64,000 nt of DNA from a virus (lineage: Duplodnaviria; Caudoviricetes), in IMG/VR virus record IMGVR_UViG_2599185359_000001, positions 32,001-96,000 of that record; one strand, 5' to 3'. Made by a program: the position numbers and the translations under genes. Shown here one piece after another: positions 1 to 9,275 of this stretch. Under the pieces are notes generated by a model that searched no databases, was not told where the DNA came from, and saw only the letters and a list, made by a program, of their open reading frames with translations. Within the stretch, counting starts at the first letter, position 1, and every line of letters starts with the position of its first letter.

Positions 1-28
1 CGTTCAAAATCGATCTGGAAACGGGCCA

Positions 29-319
29 TTATCTGGCACTCCCTTTCCGTTGCGGCTCTACGATGATGCTGGCGATGGCGTCGGCCGTGGCGAACAACCC
101 GTCTTCGGTGCGGGTAACCACGAGCCGAACCTGCCGACCCTTGAAGTGCGTCAGCGTTCGCGCGTCGTCCGCGTTCACAGATAGCTGGCTCCAGTCGGCG
201 CCGGTGATTACGAGCCCGGTCAGGCTGGCCAGCTCAAGCCGTCCACTGAGAACGGCTTGCTGGCCGTCGCGGAGATCGAGCCAGTCGATATGTCCGCCGA
301 TCTTCGGTAGGTCGCTCAC
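29..319 (-). CDS. hypothetical protein
   Basis: 96-aa ORF; GTG start overlaps the stop of the upstream gene. Confidence 0.6.
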   Translation of the reverse strand: MSDLPKIGGHIDWLDLRDGQQAVLSGRLELASLTGLVITGADWSQLSVNADDARTLTHFKGRQVRLVVTRTEDGLFATADAIASIIVEPQRKGSAR

Positions 320-477
320 GCGGCACCCGCCAAATTGTCGTTGCTCGCCACCGGCACTACGCCGGTCGGAGTGAGGCAGCGCAGACCGGACTCGCCGACG
401 AACGTTCTGACCTTAAAGCCGCGCCCATAGTCACGAACGATTTCGCCGAAGATCAAGCCCCAGAGGTAGTAGAGCAT
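316..477 (-). CDS. small hypothetical protein (53 aa, MLYYLWGLIF...LAGAA)
   Basis: Read manually; AAGGAGG RBS upstream and GTGA overlap with the next gene. Confidence 0.6.
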   Translation of the reverse strand: MLYYLWGLIFGEIVRDYGRGFKVRTFVGESGLRCLTPTGVVPVASNDNLAGAA

Positions 478-556
478 ATCGCCTCCTTGTTGTGCATGTT
501 GGTATACACCGACGCAGCACGCAAGTCGGGTGGCGATTGACCACCTCGACCGCAGT

Positions 557-871
557 TTACTGAGCTCCGAGCCGCTTCATCACCTCGTCCGCGCGGCACT
601 TGCTCTCGCCGCCGCTGAAGATCGAGGCGCACGGATCGCGCCGAGATTCCATATAGTTGAAGGCGAGGAAGGCGACGATTGCGATCGCCGCCAGCAGCCA
701 GGCCGTCTGTTGCCCGCGCGTCATTTCCTTCCGCTCGGGTGCGGGGCCGCCGCGGCCGAACATCAGCCGGTGCAGCAGTCCGCGGTCGTTGCGCCGATCC
801 ATCGTAAGCTCCTCAGTGAAGAGCCCCACATAGACGCGGCGCCGCGCGGAAGGAAAGGGCACGTCAGCCAT
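557..871 (-). CDS. single-TM membrane protein
   Basis: Hydrophobic stretch AWLLAAIAIVAFLAF; start coupled to the upstream small ORF. Confidence 0.6.
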   Translation of the reverse strand: MADVPFPSARRRVYVGLFTEELTMDRRNDRGLLHRLMFGRGGPAPERKEMTRGQQTAWLLAAIAIVAFLAFNYMESRRDPCASIFSGGESKCRADEVMKRLGAQ

Positions 872-1007
872 CGTCGAGCGCATCGAACTCGCGCAAACGG
901 CGGGCGACGCGGCGATCTCGGCGGCGATCGGGATTGGCGAGGGGCCGGAACGATGCGGCCATCGGGCGTCGGTTGGTCAGGGGAGCCTCCAGTTGCTGTT
1001 GCATCAT
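864..1007 (-). CDS. small hypothetical protein (47 aa)
   Basis: Read manually (MMQQQLEAPL...); fills the gap and overlaps the next start. Confidence 0.4.
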   Translation of the reverse strand: MMQQQLEAPLTNRRPMAASFRPLANPDRRRDRRVARRLREFDALDDG

Positions 1008-1040
1008 TCGTAGATCCTGTTCGTCAGATTGTCGGGTGGG

Positions 1041-1274
1041 TTAACTGTCGTCGCGGGTAGGGCGCGAGCGGACATGCACGGCGAGGATGTCGTCGGGGTC
1101 GACGATCAGGAAGCCGGCGTTCCGTTCAAGGGTGAGCTCGAGGGCGAAGCCCTTGTTGAGGATCGCGGATACGCGCTGCAGATCGGCGATGCCGCGGATC
1201 GCGATCGCCGGCTTCTCGCCGGCGGCGATTGCTGCTTGCGCGCGCTGGATCTTGTAGGTGCTGGCGGTCTTCAC
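1041..1274 (-). CDS. hypothetical protein
   Basis: 77-aa ORF, coupled by GTGA overlap. Confidence 0.6.
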   Translation of the reverse strand: MKTASTYKIQRAQAAIAAGEKPAIAIRGIADLQRVSAILNKGFALELTLERNAGFLIVDPDDILAVHVRSRPTRDDS

Positions 1275-1585
1275 GGTTCGTCCTCGATGATGTCTTGGGC
1301 ATTGAACTTGCTGGGCTCGTCACGCTCGCTGCCCTTGGCGAACACGACGGTGTCGGTCTCGTGAATCTCGAGACTCGCTCGGACGTCCCAGCGCGGGTGG
1401 TAGAAGTCGGGTGCGCCCCAGATGCGAACCGCCGTCGTGTGCTCGTCGCCTCGGAATCCTACGAAATGCAGGGCAGGACGGACTATGCCTGGCGGCGCTT
1501 GAAGCGCGGCTTGCTGCCGTCTGGGTTTGGCGGGCTGAATGGGCACTTGTTCTTTCTCTGGTGCTTCCACCAGCTCCAGCCACAA
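1271..1585 (-). CDS. conserved small phage protein (start uncertain)
   Basis: Motif ALHFVGFRGDE..AVRIWG.PDF.H..WD.RA..EI...DTVVFA. Confidence 0.6.
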   Translation of the reverse strand: MWLELVEAPEKEQVPIQPAKPRRQQAALQAPPGIVRPALHFVGFRGDEHTTAVRIWGAPDFYHPRWDVRASLEIHETDTVVFAKGSERDEPSKFNAQDIIEDEP

Positions 1586-1607
1586 CGGGCGCAGGTGTTG
1601 GTGGCCA

Positions 1608-1844
1608 TCAGTTGCCCTGCTCCAGAAGGCGAAACATTCGCTTCAGCTTGCGGCGGTCGTAGTTGCCGGTGCGCATCATGCGCACCCACATGCGGCTCGA
1701 CCGCAGCTCACCGCGCCACAGCTTGAGCAGTGTCGGATTGGTGATCACCAATGTGTCGCCCGGCTGAGGCAGGCTGTCGAGAATGGCGTTAATACGCTCG
1801 AACGTGAGGCCGCTGCCGTCACATGCCGTTGTAATCGTAGGCAT
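1608..1844 (-). CDS. hypothetical protein
   Basis: 78-aa ORF, coupled by TGATG overlap. Confidence 0.5.
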   Translation of the reverse strand: MPTITTACDGSGLTFERINAILDSLPQPGDTLVITNPTLLKLWRGELRSSRMWVRMMRTGNYDRRKLKRMFRLLEQGN

Positions 1845-2026
1845 CAGCTGCGGACCTCCAAGCCCATGACCCGCAAAAGGTGCGCTTTCGCGAGAAGGAA
1901 AATCCTATCTATCTCAGCCCAGTCGTCGGGGTGCGCAGCGCCCTTGAAGGCGTGATCGCGTGCCGCGCGCTCGAAGCGGGTCACCGCTCCCAGTCGACGA
2001 CGGCGCTCCTTCGCGTCCATCACCAC
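1844..2026 (-). CDS. hypothetical protein
   Basis: 60-aa ORF within the coupled gene chain. Confidence 0.55.
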   Translation of the reverse strand: MVMDAKERRRRLGAVTRFERAARDHAFKGAAHPDDWAEIDRIFLLAKAHLLRVMGLEVRS

Positions 2027-2343
2027 AAATCCTCGGAGAAAAGCCCGGGGAAACTGGATCCCGACTTCCGGTTGGCCGGATCCACCTGGCCGGCGGCAAC
2101 CGCGATCTCCAGCGCCTCCGCGCGTCCGACATAGCGGCCGATCGAAGTCGTGAAGCCTTGATCATCGCCGCCTGTGCCGTGCCCGAGAATGTCGAAGCTG
2201 GGGTGCAGCAAGGTGTGGTGCCGCGCCGGTGGCGGTGCGCTTATGGTCAGGAAGTCGGGATAGGGCTTCGCGCAATCATGTTCGCGCTTGGCCCAATGAT
2301 CGGGTACACGAACCCTAATTGCCGCCGCGACGATCGTTTCCAT
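2020..2343 (-). CDS. conserved phage protein (QGFxTS..RYV.R.EA...LFSEDLW type)
   Basis: Start METIVAAAIR coupled to the upstream stop; recognisable C-terminal LFSEDLW motif. Confidence 0.7.
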   Translation of the reverse strand: METIVAAAIRVRVPDHWAKREHDCAKPYPDFLTISAPPPARHHTLLHPSFDILGHGTGGDDQGFTTSIGRYVGRAEALEIAVAAGQVDPANRKSGSSFPGLFSEDLW

Positions 2344-2945
2344 CAGAACATCCCCCAAAGCGGGCTGCTCTCCAGCACGGCAGTCTGCTTCTCGGTCAGC
2401 GGCTCGTTCTTGCCGACAGCAGGCGGCGAGCCGGCGAAGGCTTTCGCGCACGCGTCGGCAGCATCCTTGCTCTCCCAGAGCTTGCCGGGCACGACGACGC
2501 GCCCGGTGGGCAGATGCAGCGTGGTGCTGCTCGTGCCGCGGTCGAAGAACACCTGGACGGTCTTGTCGCGCCAAACAGCGCGGCGCCGACCTGTGGTGAC
2601 GTCTTGCGGCAGCAGGCAAAGGGTCTCGAACTGCGCGCCACGGGTACCCTGCGGGCCGATGCCACACAGGGAGATGAGCTTCTCGGGATCAGGGCGGCGA
2701 AGGTTCGCGCCGGTCTCCCAATCGTTCTTCGGCAGCAGACCGTTCCAGGTCTTCGCGAACAGCCAGTCGCCCTTGCTCTGCTTGATCAGGCGGAAGTGGT
2801 GCCCGTTGCGATTGACGAACACGATCGGGCAATCCTGCCAGCGGTCATCGGCATCGAAGTGGAAGATGTGGATGTCGTTGGCCAGCGAGACCACCGCGGG
2901 CTCGCCGCGCTGTGCAACGAAGTCGGTTACGGACTGCAGGTCCAT
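2343..2945 (-). CDS. hypothetical protein
   Basis: 200-aa ORF with AAGGAG RBS; ends PLWGMF. Confidence 0.7.
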   Translation of the reverse strand: MDLQSVTDFVAQRGEPAVVSLANDIHIFHFDADDRWQDCPIVFVNRNGHHFRLIKQSKGDWLFAKTWNGLLPKNDWETGANLRRPDPEKLISLCGIGPQGTRGAQFETLCLLPQDVTTGRRRAVWRDKTVQVFFDRGTSSTTLHLPTGRVVVPGKLWESKDAADACAKAFAGSPPAVGKNEPLTEKQTAVLESSPLWGMF

Positions 2946-3187
2946 GAGAATCTCCTTGTGCGAGCACCGCTGCTCGCGTTGTGTGTGTCACCTAGCACAG
3001 TCTCAGCGTCGCGCAAGTGGGTTCTTTCGGTGCGTGTTCGCGCCGGTGAAGTTTCTTCGAGGTGTGCAAGGTGCGCTAGATTGCGCTGCGGTGCGATCTC
3101 AGCGCGATTTGAGCGCTTGAGGTAGTCTGACCAACCTTGCGCAAGCGATGCGCTCAGACGCGCTTAAAATCGCCCGGCCGATCGTCG

Positions 3188-3394
3188 TTATCGTAATCCC
3201 CAGGTTGTGTGACCTGGGCAGCCGACGTGAGAGAAGCGTACGGCAGTGGGGTTGGGGGTCGAACCAGACTCCACGAAGCCCTTGGACAACTCCTGAATAG
3301 CGAAATTCGGGCCGTTGTCGTTGTCGGTCCCGTGAGCGGTGCCGGTCGCGCCGCAGCTGCATGTCAAAACGTAGTGCCAGTGATCGGTAGCCAT
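3188..3394 (-). CDS. small Cys/His-containing hypothetical protein
   Basis: 68 aa with CSCG near the N-terminus and H..C near the C-terminus; lower GC than flanks. Confidence 0.5.
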   Translation of the reverse strand: MATDHWHYVLTCSCGATGTAHGTDNDNGPNFAIQELSKGFVESGSTPNPTAVRFSHVGCPGHTTWGLR

Positions 3395-3435
3395 AGCGGT
3401 CGTGTAGCCGTATCACCGCCGTTCCACCAGTGGAT

Positions 3436-4191
3436 CTAAGCGGCAAGATCCATTGGCTCGATGCCGGTGATCTCGGGCAGCCGCTTGCCGGTCATGCTGA
3501 CTGTAAAGCCCAGCTCGATCTCCTTGTGGCAGTATCGGGCGTAGACCTTCGGCTGGAGCTCGGCTGCGCGCGTCAGATCGTCCTTGGAGGACATGATGCA
3601 GATGATACAGCTCTTGCGGCTCATCCCGGCACCGTAGGTCCAGAACGGCTCTTCGCCCGCTGCCTTGATCAGCTGAAACACATGCTCGGTTGAGAAGCCG
3701 TGGATCGGCAGCCAGTCGTACCATTCGCGGCCGGCGACGGAGTTGCGCTCGTTCCGCTTGAAGTCGACCAGCTTGCCACGCTTCGGGCTTTCCGCCGCGC
3801 GCATGCCCATGCAGTTCACGACCAGCCCGCCGAACTCCGGGTGCGCGGCGAGGAAGCGACGGATCTCGCGTGTGATCGGGCCGGTCTTCAGGTCGGACGT
3901 GCACTGGCGGTTTGAGGGCGAGGGGAACATGCCGCGGTGATCGACCATCTGCCAGAACGTCTTGCAGGCGTGCGCCTCGATGATCGGGATACCCGCGCTG
4001 TACCGCTCGATGTGCTCGACCGATGCGTCCCACTCGACCTCGGGCAGAACCGCGTGAACGATCAGCAACTGGCGATGAGGGATCAGCCGCTTCAGCATCA
4101 CCTTCATCGCCTGGCTGTCCTTCCCGCCGCTGTCGTTGATGACGAACAGCCCGCCGCGCTCGACAAGATCCTTGATGTGCGCGGGCAGCAT
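3436..4191 (-). CDS. PAPS-reductase-family (PP-loop) protein
   Basis: SGGKDS PP-loop, RQCTSDLK, GMRAAESPKR and C-terminal SCIIC. Confidence 0.85.
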   Translation of the reverse strand: MLPAHIKDLVERGGLFVINDSGGKDSQAMKVMLKRLIPHRQLLIVHAVLPEVEWDASVEHIERYSAGIPIIEAHACKTFWQMVDHRGMFPSPSNRQCTSDLKTGPITREIRRFLAAHPEFGGLVVNCMGMRAAESPKRGKLVDFKRNERNSVAGREWYDWLPIHGFSTEHVFQLIKAAGEEPFWTYGAGMSRKSCIICIMSSKDDLTRAAELQPKVYARYCHKEIELGFTVSMTGKRLPEITGIEPMDLAA

Positions 4192-4667
4192 CAGAAAGCC
4201 ACCTCGTCCTCGATGACTGGATCGATGACGATGCCGGCAGCCGGCAAGCGGCGTTGCCACTCAATTGCACCAGCTTCGGGGAACGCCTCACGAAGTCGAT
4301 CCAGCGCCTCCATCTCGGTAGAGCCGCGGATCGCTCCCGCGCTACCGCCGTCGATCTCGCGCCAGAACCACGTCTGCGCGTCGGGGTGCGGCTCGCCATA
4401 AAGCTTGCTCTCACGGCCCAGGATCTGTGCAGCGATCCATGGTATGACGGCATTGTAGTCGCCGATGCCGGGAGGGACGCAGCCTTCCCAGACGATGGTG
4501 CCCGGCAGCCCCTTCGACGCTCCTTCGACGTATACCAGCCCGTCCTTGAATACGCCCGACCACGCGCCATTGAGGCAGTCGAAGTGCCGACCCCGTTCGT
4601 CCACTTTGGTCTCGGACGCCCACACCGTCACGGTGCTGCCATGACCTAGCGCGAAGTGCTTGCTCAT
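4191..4667 (-). CDS. hypothetical protein
   Basis: 158-aa ORF, coupled by TGATG overlap. Confidence 0.65.
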   Translation of the reverse strand: MSKHFALGHGSTVTVWASETKVDERGRHFDCLNGAWSGVFKDGLVYVEGASKGLPGTIVWEGCVPPGIGDYNAVIPWIAAQILGRESKLYGEPHPDAQTWFWREIDGGSAGAIRGSTEMEALDRLREAFPEAGAIEWQRRLPAAGIVIDPVIEDEVAF

Positions 4668-5074
4668 CAGAACGTCGCCCCCTCGCGCATGCGCCGCTCA
4701 TCAATGCCGCGGCCCTCGTGTTCGACGGCGGCGGTCACATCGATCTTGATCGTTAGGTGATCTTTGAGGAGCTTCTGAGCTTCCTCGCGAATGACCTTCT
4801 CGATCAGCTCGTTCAGCTTGGTCACGCCCGAGCCTTGCGGCACACGCCATTGCGTCAGCTTGCGGCCGACCTCGTCGCGGATGATGCTCTCGATGAAGGC
4901 ACCACCCACGAAGCCCTTGTTCACGCGGGTCTCGACAACCTCCTTGAACAGCCCCCGGATCATCTCCCTAGGATCGACACCCACCTCGTTGACGTAGGTG
5001 CGGATCGCCTGGAGCAGACGCTGGTTGCGCTTGCGATTGGCGGCATTCTTCTTGCGCACGGGCTTGTCCGTCAT
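4667..5074 (-). CDS. hypothetical protein
   Basis: 135-aa ORF, coupled. Confidence 0.65.
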   Translation of the reverse strand: MTDKPVRKKNAANRKRNQRLLQAIRTYVNEVGVDPREMIRGLFKEVVETRVNKGFVGGAFIESIIRDEVGRKLTQWRVPQGSGVTKLNELIEKVIREEAQKLLKDHLTIKIDVTAAVEHEGRGIDERRMREGATF

Positions 5075-5514
5075 GCCGCCACCGCCAGGTCGACGCGAGC
5101 ATTGGCATTCTGCGAGACGTGAATCAGGCCCGCGATGAAGTTCACCTCGCGCTGCGAGAAGCCGCCGACGCTGGTGCGCTCCTCACGATCCACGCCGTCG
5201 ACGGCCCAGCGCGCGGCGTTTTCGAGAAGGCTACGCGTCAGCTTATCGCCGGTCCGGCGGTTGTTGTAGACGAGCATGTAGAAGAGGCGTTCGGTCTTCC
5301 CGCGCTTGCCGGCAACCCACGCGAAGAAGCGATGAGCGAGGCCCGGCCACATGACGCGCCGTTCGATCAGCGTTGCCGCGACCGTCGCGGCCACGTTACC
5401 GCGGAGCGCGCGCAGATCGAGCGCAAGCTCCATCATATCGGTACGCTGGGCAGCGCTGTAGAACTTGGCGCCGGGGTGAAAGGGGACGATTTTGGGGAGG
5501 CGGGTGCCGCGCAT
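5071..5514 (-). CDS. hypothetical protein
   Basis: Start MRGTRLPK coupled to the upstream stop. Confidence 0.6.
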   Translation of the reverse strand: MRGTRLPKIVPFHPGAKFYSAAQRTDMMELALDLRALRGNVAATVAATLIERRVMWPGLAHRFFAWVAGKRGKTERLFYMLVYNNRRTGDKLTRSLLENAARWAVDGVDREERTSVGGFSQREVNFIAGLIHVSQNANARVDLAVAA

Positions 5515-5852
5515 CAGTTGTGCTCCGGGTGCTTGCCGTGGATCGGTGCGTGACGGCACGCATCAATCATGCCCAGCATGATGAAGGCGCGACGCTCGCC
5601 ACCGACACGGTAGGAGAGATAGAAGGGGCGGGGGCCGATCGGGAAATCGTCGGCCCAATATGCGTCCTGATTGAACATCTGGGAGTTGTGCCAGGATGCG
5701 ATGGACAGGCGTCGATCGCCCTTGCGGAAGAAGATGAGGTTGAAGCGACCGTGCAGCAGCACCGCATACAGCCAGATCAATGCCGCAAGTACGAGGAGCG
5801 TGGCGATCGCTGCGGTCGCCCCGACCCCGATCCAGTAGAACGCTTCGGTCAT
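5514..5852 (-). CDS. membrane-anchored hypothetical protein
   Basis: N-terminal TM helix; ATGA overlap. Confidence 0.6.
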   Translation of the reverse strand: MTEAFYWIGVGATAAIATLLVLAALIWLYAVLLHGRFNLIFFRKGDRRLSIASWHNSQMFNQDAYWADDFPIGPRPFYLSYRVGGERRAFIMLGMIDACRHAPIHGKHPEHN

Positions 5853-6472
5853 GCCGCTTCCTTCAGCGGCGGTAGGCCGAGCGACTGGTTGAGGTTCACG
5901 AGGGGCACTGCCGGCAGCTGCACCTTGGCGACCGCCTTGATGAACTGCTCTGCGATGGGCATCACCTCGGGCCATCGCTCGCGCAACTGACGATCGGAGC
6001 GGATCTCAGACAGGATGCCCGTCACCTCTGCGCGACGAGTGTTGATTTCGTCGGCGATCCCCTCTTGGTAGAGGACGAACTCCATGACCTCGGCGCCAAA
6101 CGCATCGTCAGCCTCGAAGCTCGCAAGAGGGTTGTCGCCGGTGTCGCTATAGGGCACGTAGAAGCCAGGCAGCTTCACCTCGGCCGGCTTTAGGCGATTA
6201 ATAGCGTTGCCGGAGGCGTTCGAGTTTCGCCCCAGCGTTACGCGCGCGCCGGCGATGTTCAGCGGCAGCGTGTTGCGGAAGTATGTCGAACCTTTGTGCG
6301 TCTCGCTCATGAGCTTCAGGGCCGCCCGAACCTCGGCGGAATAGATGCGCTCGAATACGCGCCGCATCAGCGGTGCCTCGAGTTGGAAGAAGGCCAGCAG
6401 CTTGTCACGGAAGCCGTGCTTGAGCACCGCGTTCGTGATGTCGGCGCGGATGTCGTTGTTGATCGCGACCAT
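5849..6472 (-). CDS. Nmad5-like (nucleotide modification associated domain 5) protein
   Basis: N-terminal N..IR..I..AVL and C-terminal L..IRS..QL.E.WPE...LPAV....LN..LGLP pattern. Confidence 0.7.
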   Translation of the reverse strand: MVAINNDIRADITNAVLKHGFRDKLLAFFQLEAPLMRRVFERIYSAEVRAALKLMSETHKGSTYFRNTLPLNIAGARVTLGRNSNASGNAINRLKPAEVKLPGFYVPYSDTGDNPLASFEADDAFGAEVMEFVLYQEGIADEINTRRAEVTGILSEIRSDRQLRERWPEVMPIAEQFIKAVAKVQLPAVPLVNLNQSLGLPPLKEAA

Positions 6473-6987
6473 CAGCCCCGCACCCCCTCGGGCCAGTAGG
6501 AGATCTCGGCCTCGCCCTCGCGCTGTTCCTGAGCGTCATCGGGGATCGCGCCGTGCGTCAGCAGCCAGTTGATGCGGTGGGCGGCGCCGTGCGCGGTGTT
6601 GTCGGTGTCAGACCAACCGCTGCCGAAGCACCACTCCCACACGGCACCTTCGTAGCGATATTCCTGACCGTCCTCGTCGACCGGGGACGGGACGAAAGCG
6701 CGATATGAATAGCTGATCCAGTTCTCGCCCGCGACGAAGTCGATGCCCGCGACGGGGCCGTGACCGACCGCGCATGCAGCGGTGCCACATTCGGCGCGGA
6801 AGGCCGGGTGGTGCCCCCTGCCGTGAAGTTCGTTGTCGACGAACAGCCGCATGCTGAAATCGGGATATGTGGCGGGCAGCTGCAGGAGATGGTCCGCCAG
6901 ACGACGCAGATTCGCCTGCTGCTCGACGCTGATCGTGGTGACGAAATCCGTTTCGCCGGGCTCCTGGATGATGATCGGTTCGCTCAT
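6472..6987 (-). CDS. conserved phage hypothetical protein
   Basis: CGTAACAVGHGP motif; GAGGAG RBS. Confidence 0.7.
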   Translation of the reverse strand: MSEPIIIQEPGETDFVTTISVEQQANLRRLADHLLQLPATYPDFSMRLFVDNELHGRGHHPAFRAECGTAACAVGHGPVAGIDFVAGENWISYSYRAFVPSPVDEDGQEYRYEGAVWEWCFGSGWSDTDNTAHGAAHRINWLLTHGAIPDDAQEQREGEAEISYWPEGVRG

Positions 6988-7078
6988 TTCGCTCCTCGCG
7001 AGTCGTTGTTCGTTTGCGATGTGTGTCACTTACCACAGGTCGCAGCGAGAGCAAGTGGCAAGCGACACACACAATGCA

Positions 7079-7945
7079 TTAGGCGGCGAGCTTCACCAGC
7101 TCGGCGGCGAGGGCTTGGTCGGCGATCACCAGATCGCGGGGCGCGGTGGGCGACGGCTGGACGAGTCCGGTGATCTTGAACAGCGCCGTCATCTGCTGCG
7201 CTTGGGCGCGGGCGGTGCCGGTGGAGAGGTTTTCGCCCTCGTAGGCGGCCACGAGCGACTTGCCGCTGATCATGCCATCGGCAACCAGGCGACGGACCGC
7301 GACCGAGGTGTACCGCGAGAGGCGCTTGCCGGCGGCGATCGACTGGATGAGGTTCTGCGCCTTCTCCTGCACCTTCTTCGCGGCACAGGCGTCGAGGTTA
7401 GCCTTGAGCGTGGCGGGGTCGATCGCGGCGATCGAGTGGAAGTCGCGGGCGGGGGCGGGGGCCGCTGCCGGCGTGGTATTCGCGGCGATCTTCGGCTTGC
7501 GTGCGCTCTTCTGCTTGGCGGGCTTGGTGACGCTCTCGGCCGCTTCGATCTCGGCGAGCAGGGCGTCAGCGTCGTTGGCGATGACCTCGCTCACATCACC
7601 GCTGGCAACCTGGGCGGTCGCGCTCTCACCATCTGCGGGAGCTTGGAAGCCGAACTCGTCCTCTTCGGCTTCTTCCGCCGCGGCGAGCATGTCCTCGATC
7701 TCTTCGTTACCGGTGGCGACGTCGATCACGACGCTGGAGGGGGTGACGTCGATCGTGACCTCCTCGACGTCCGCGAGGCTCATGATCTCGTTCGTTTCGT
7801 CCATCTCGGCCTGGATCGCGGCGAGCGCCGCATCGACAGGATCTTCGAGGTCGGTGGCGACCACGAGTGCCGTGGTCGCCTGGGTGTTGTCAGCCGCGTC
7901 GGCGGCGGGCTTGGGGCTGCTGTTGCGGTTGCGCTTGCGGCTCAT
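7079..7945 (-). CDS. hypothetical protein with acidic N-terminus and putative winged-helix C-terminus
   Basis: Acidic low-complexity N-half; C-terminal LSTGTARAQAQQMTALFK. Confidence 0.7.
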   Translation of the reverse strand: MSRKRNRNSSPKPAADAADNTQATTALVVATDLEDPVDAALAAIQAEMDETNEIMSLADVEEVTIDVTPSSVVIDVATGNEEIEDMLAAAEEAEEDEFGFQAPADGESATAQVASGDVSEVIANDADALLAEIEAAESVTKPAKQKSARKPKIAANTTPAAAPAPARDFHSIAAIDPATLKANLDACAAKKVQEKAQNLIQSIAAGKRLSRYTSVAVRRLVADGMISGKSLVAAYEGENLSTGTARAQAQQMTALFKITGLVQPSPTAPRDLVIADQALAAELVKLAA

Positions 7946-8312
7946 CGTCGATCTCCTCGTGCTCGACGCTCGATTGCGTCGTTGCAACCGAGATAACCGC
8001 ATCGTCGGTGCCGGTCGGCTGGCTTCCTGCGACCGGCTCGACGGCAGCCGAAGCCCGCGCGAGCTCGTAGCGGGCCGAAGCGATGTCGGTGCGGAGCATC
8101 TTGAGGCCCGCGAGCTCGTTGACATCCTCGCGGCCGACGATCTCCGCCACGACCTTGTCGTCGAGTTCGGCGAGGCGTTCGACCTTGTCCTCTTCCGACC
8201 CTTCGCCCAGGTCCCAGGCCAACAGCGCGCCTTCGCGCTTGACGATGTTCTGGTCGCCGAGGAGGGCGACCGCGGTGAGCGAGAGTTCGCCCGCGGAATG
8301 CTTGAACTTCAT
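7890..8312 (-). CDS. hypothetical protein
   Basis: Start MKFKHSAGE with GAAGGA RBS. Confidence 0.6.
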   Translation of the reverse strand: MKFKHSAGELSLTAVALLGDQNIVKREGALLAWDLGEGSEEDKVERLAELDDKVVAEIVGREDVNELAGLKMLRTDIASARYELARASAAVEPVAGSQPTGTDDAVISVATTQSSVEHEEIDDEPQAQPQQQPQARRRRG

Positions 8313-8326
8313 TGCGTGATCCTTCT

Positions 8327-8890
8327 CTATTTGGACTGGGGGCCGGTGGGCAGATTGAACCAGTTGAGGCGGCGGCCGACGAAGAGGCACTGAGCGAGCA
8401 CATCCACGTCGTATTCGGCTGCGTGGGCTTTCGCCCGGTCGTATGGGACGTCGCAGCACGTCGCGAGTTCTTGGAGCCGGGGCAGCTTGCCGTTGGCAGT
8501 TGCCCAGCGTCCCTTCATCATCGTGTCATAGGTCGCGGGCCAGGTCGTGCGCTGCCCAACGCGCTCCAGCTCCCGCTTTAGGAACGGGAAGTCGTACCCG
8601 TCGCCGTTGTGAGCGACCACCAACACCACCTCGGGGTGCTCGATGACGCCGCGGACCTGCGGCGCGATCACATCGAACGTCGGTTCGTTGGCGAGATCGT
8701 CGAGCCGAATGCCGTGAACCTTCTGGGCAGAGGCGTCGATCTTTCGCAGCGGGTTGCAGCGCCACACGAAGCCCTTCACGAGCTCTTCGGTGTCGAGGTC
8801 GTAGAGCCGGCAGCAGATTTCGATCAGGCGGTGCTCGGGCTCATTGAGGCCGGTGCCCTCGGTGTCGCAGACGTTGACCAGGCGGCGCAT
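8327..8890 (-). CDS. DEDDh 3'-5' exonuclease (DnaQ/epsilon-like)
   Basis: DTEGTG, VAHNGDGYDFPFL and AHAAEYDV motifs. Confidence 0.9.
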   Translation of the reverse strand: MRRLVNVCDTEGTGLNEPEHRLIEICCRLYDLDTEELVKGFVWRCNPLRKIDASAQKVHGIRLDDLANEPTFDVIAPQVRGVIEHPEVVLVVAHNGDGYDFPFLKRELERVGQRTTWPATYDTMMKGRWATANGKLPRLQELATCCDVPYDRAKAHAAEYDVDVLAQCLFVGRRLNWFNLPTGPQSK

Positions 8891-9150
8891 CAGACGCGCG
8901 CCCCGTCGACCGTAGCAAGCGAGATCTTGCCCACCTTGCGCACAGGAGTGCTGACCGGGCGAGCTAGTTCCACCTCGATGGTGTCGAGGGGGAACGTCTC
9001 GCGCTGGGCGCCCTTGCCGTGATCGACCAGGACGGCGTGGATCGCCACGCAGTCCAGATCAGCCAAGCCGACGGAGGTGTCCTTCACCACCTGCGCGATT
9101 GCCTTCATGAGGGCGTCGCGTGACAGGGTGAGCTTGTGGGTCTTCGCCAT
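8890..9150 (-). CDS. hypothetical protein
   Basis: Start MAKTHKLTL, coupled by TGATG overlap. Confidence 0.55.
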   Translation of the reverse strand: MAKTHKLTLSRDALMKAIAQVVKDTSVGLADLDCVAIHAVLVDHGKGAQRETFPLDTIEVELARPVSTPVRKVGKISLATVDGARV

Positions 9151-9275
9151 CACCGCAGCACCGCCGCCGCGGCGCAGTATCCCGCCGCGAACGCAAGGTA
9201 GCCGACGATCGCATAGCCGGTGAGGTTGACCGCCGTTCGCGCCTTGACGCGCATTTTGCGGAGGCGCGCGATCAT
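9150..9275 (-). CDS. small membrane peptide (41 aa)
   Basis: Read manually; coupled at both ends, hydrophobic C-half. Confidence 0.45.
   Translation of the reverse strand: MIARLRKMRVKARTAVNLTGYAIVGYLAFAAGYCAAAAVLR

Noticed and set aside
3436-4191. Complete Dnd/Ssp phosphorothioation system or cysH
   Set aside because: No partner genes are present in the window.
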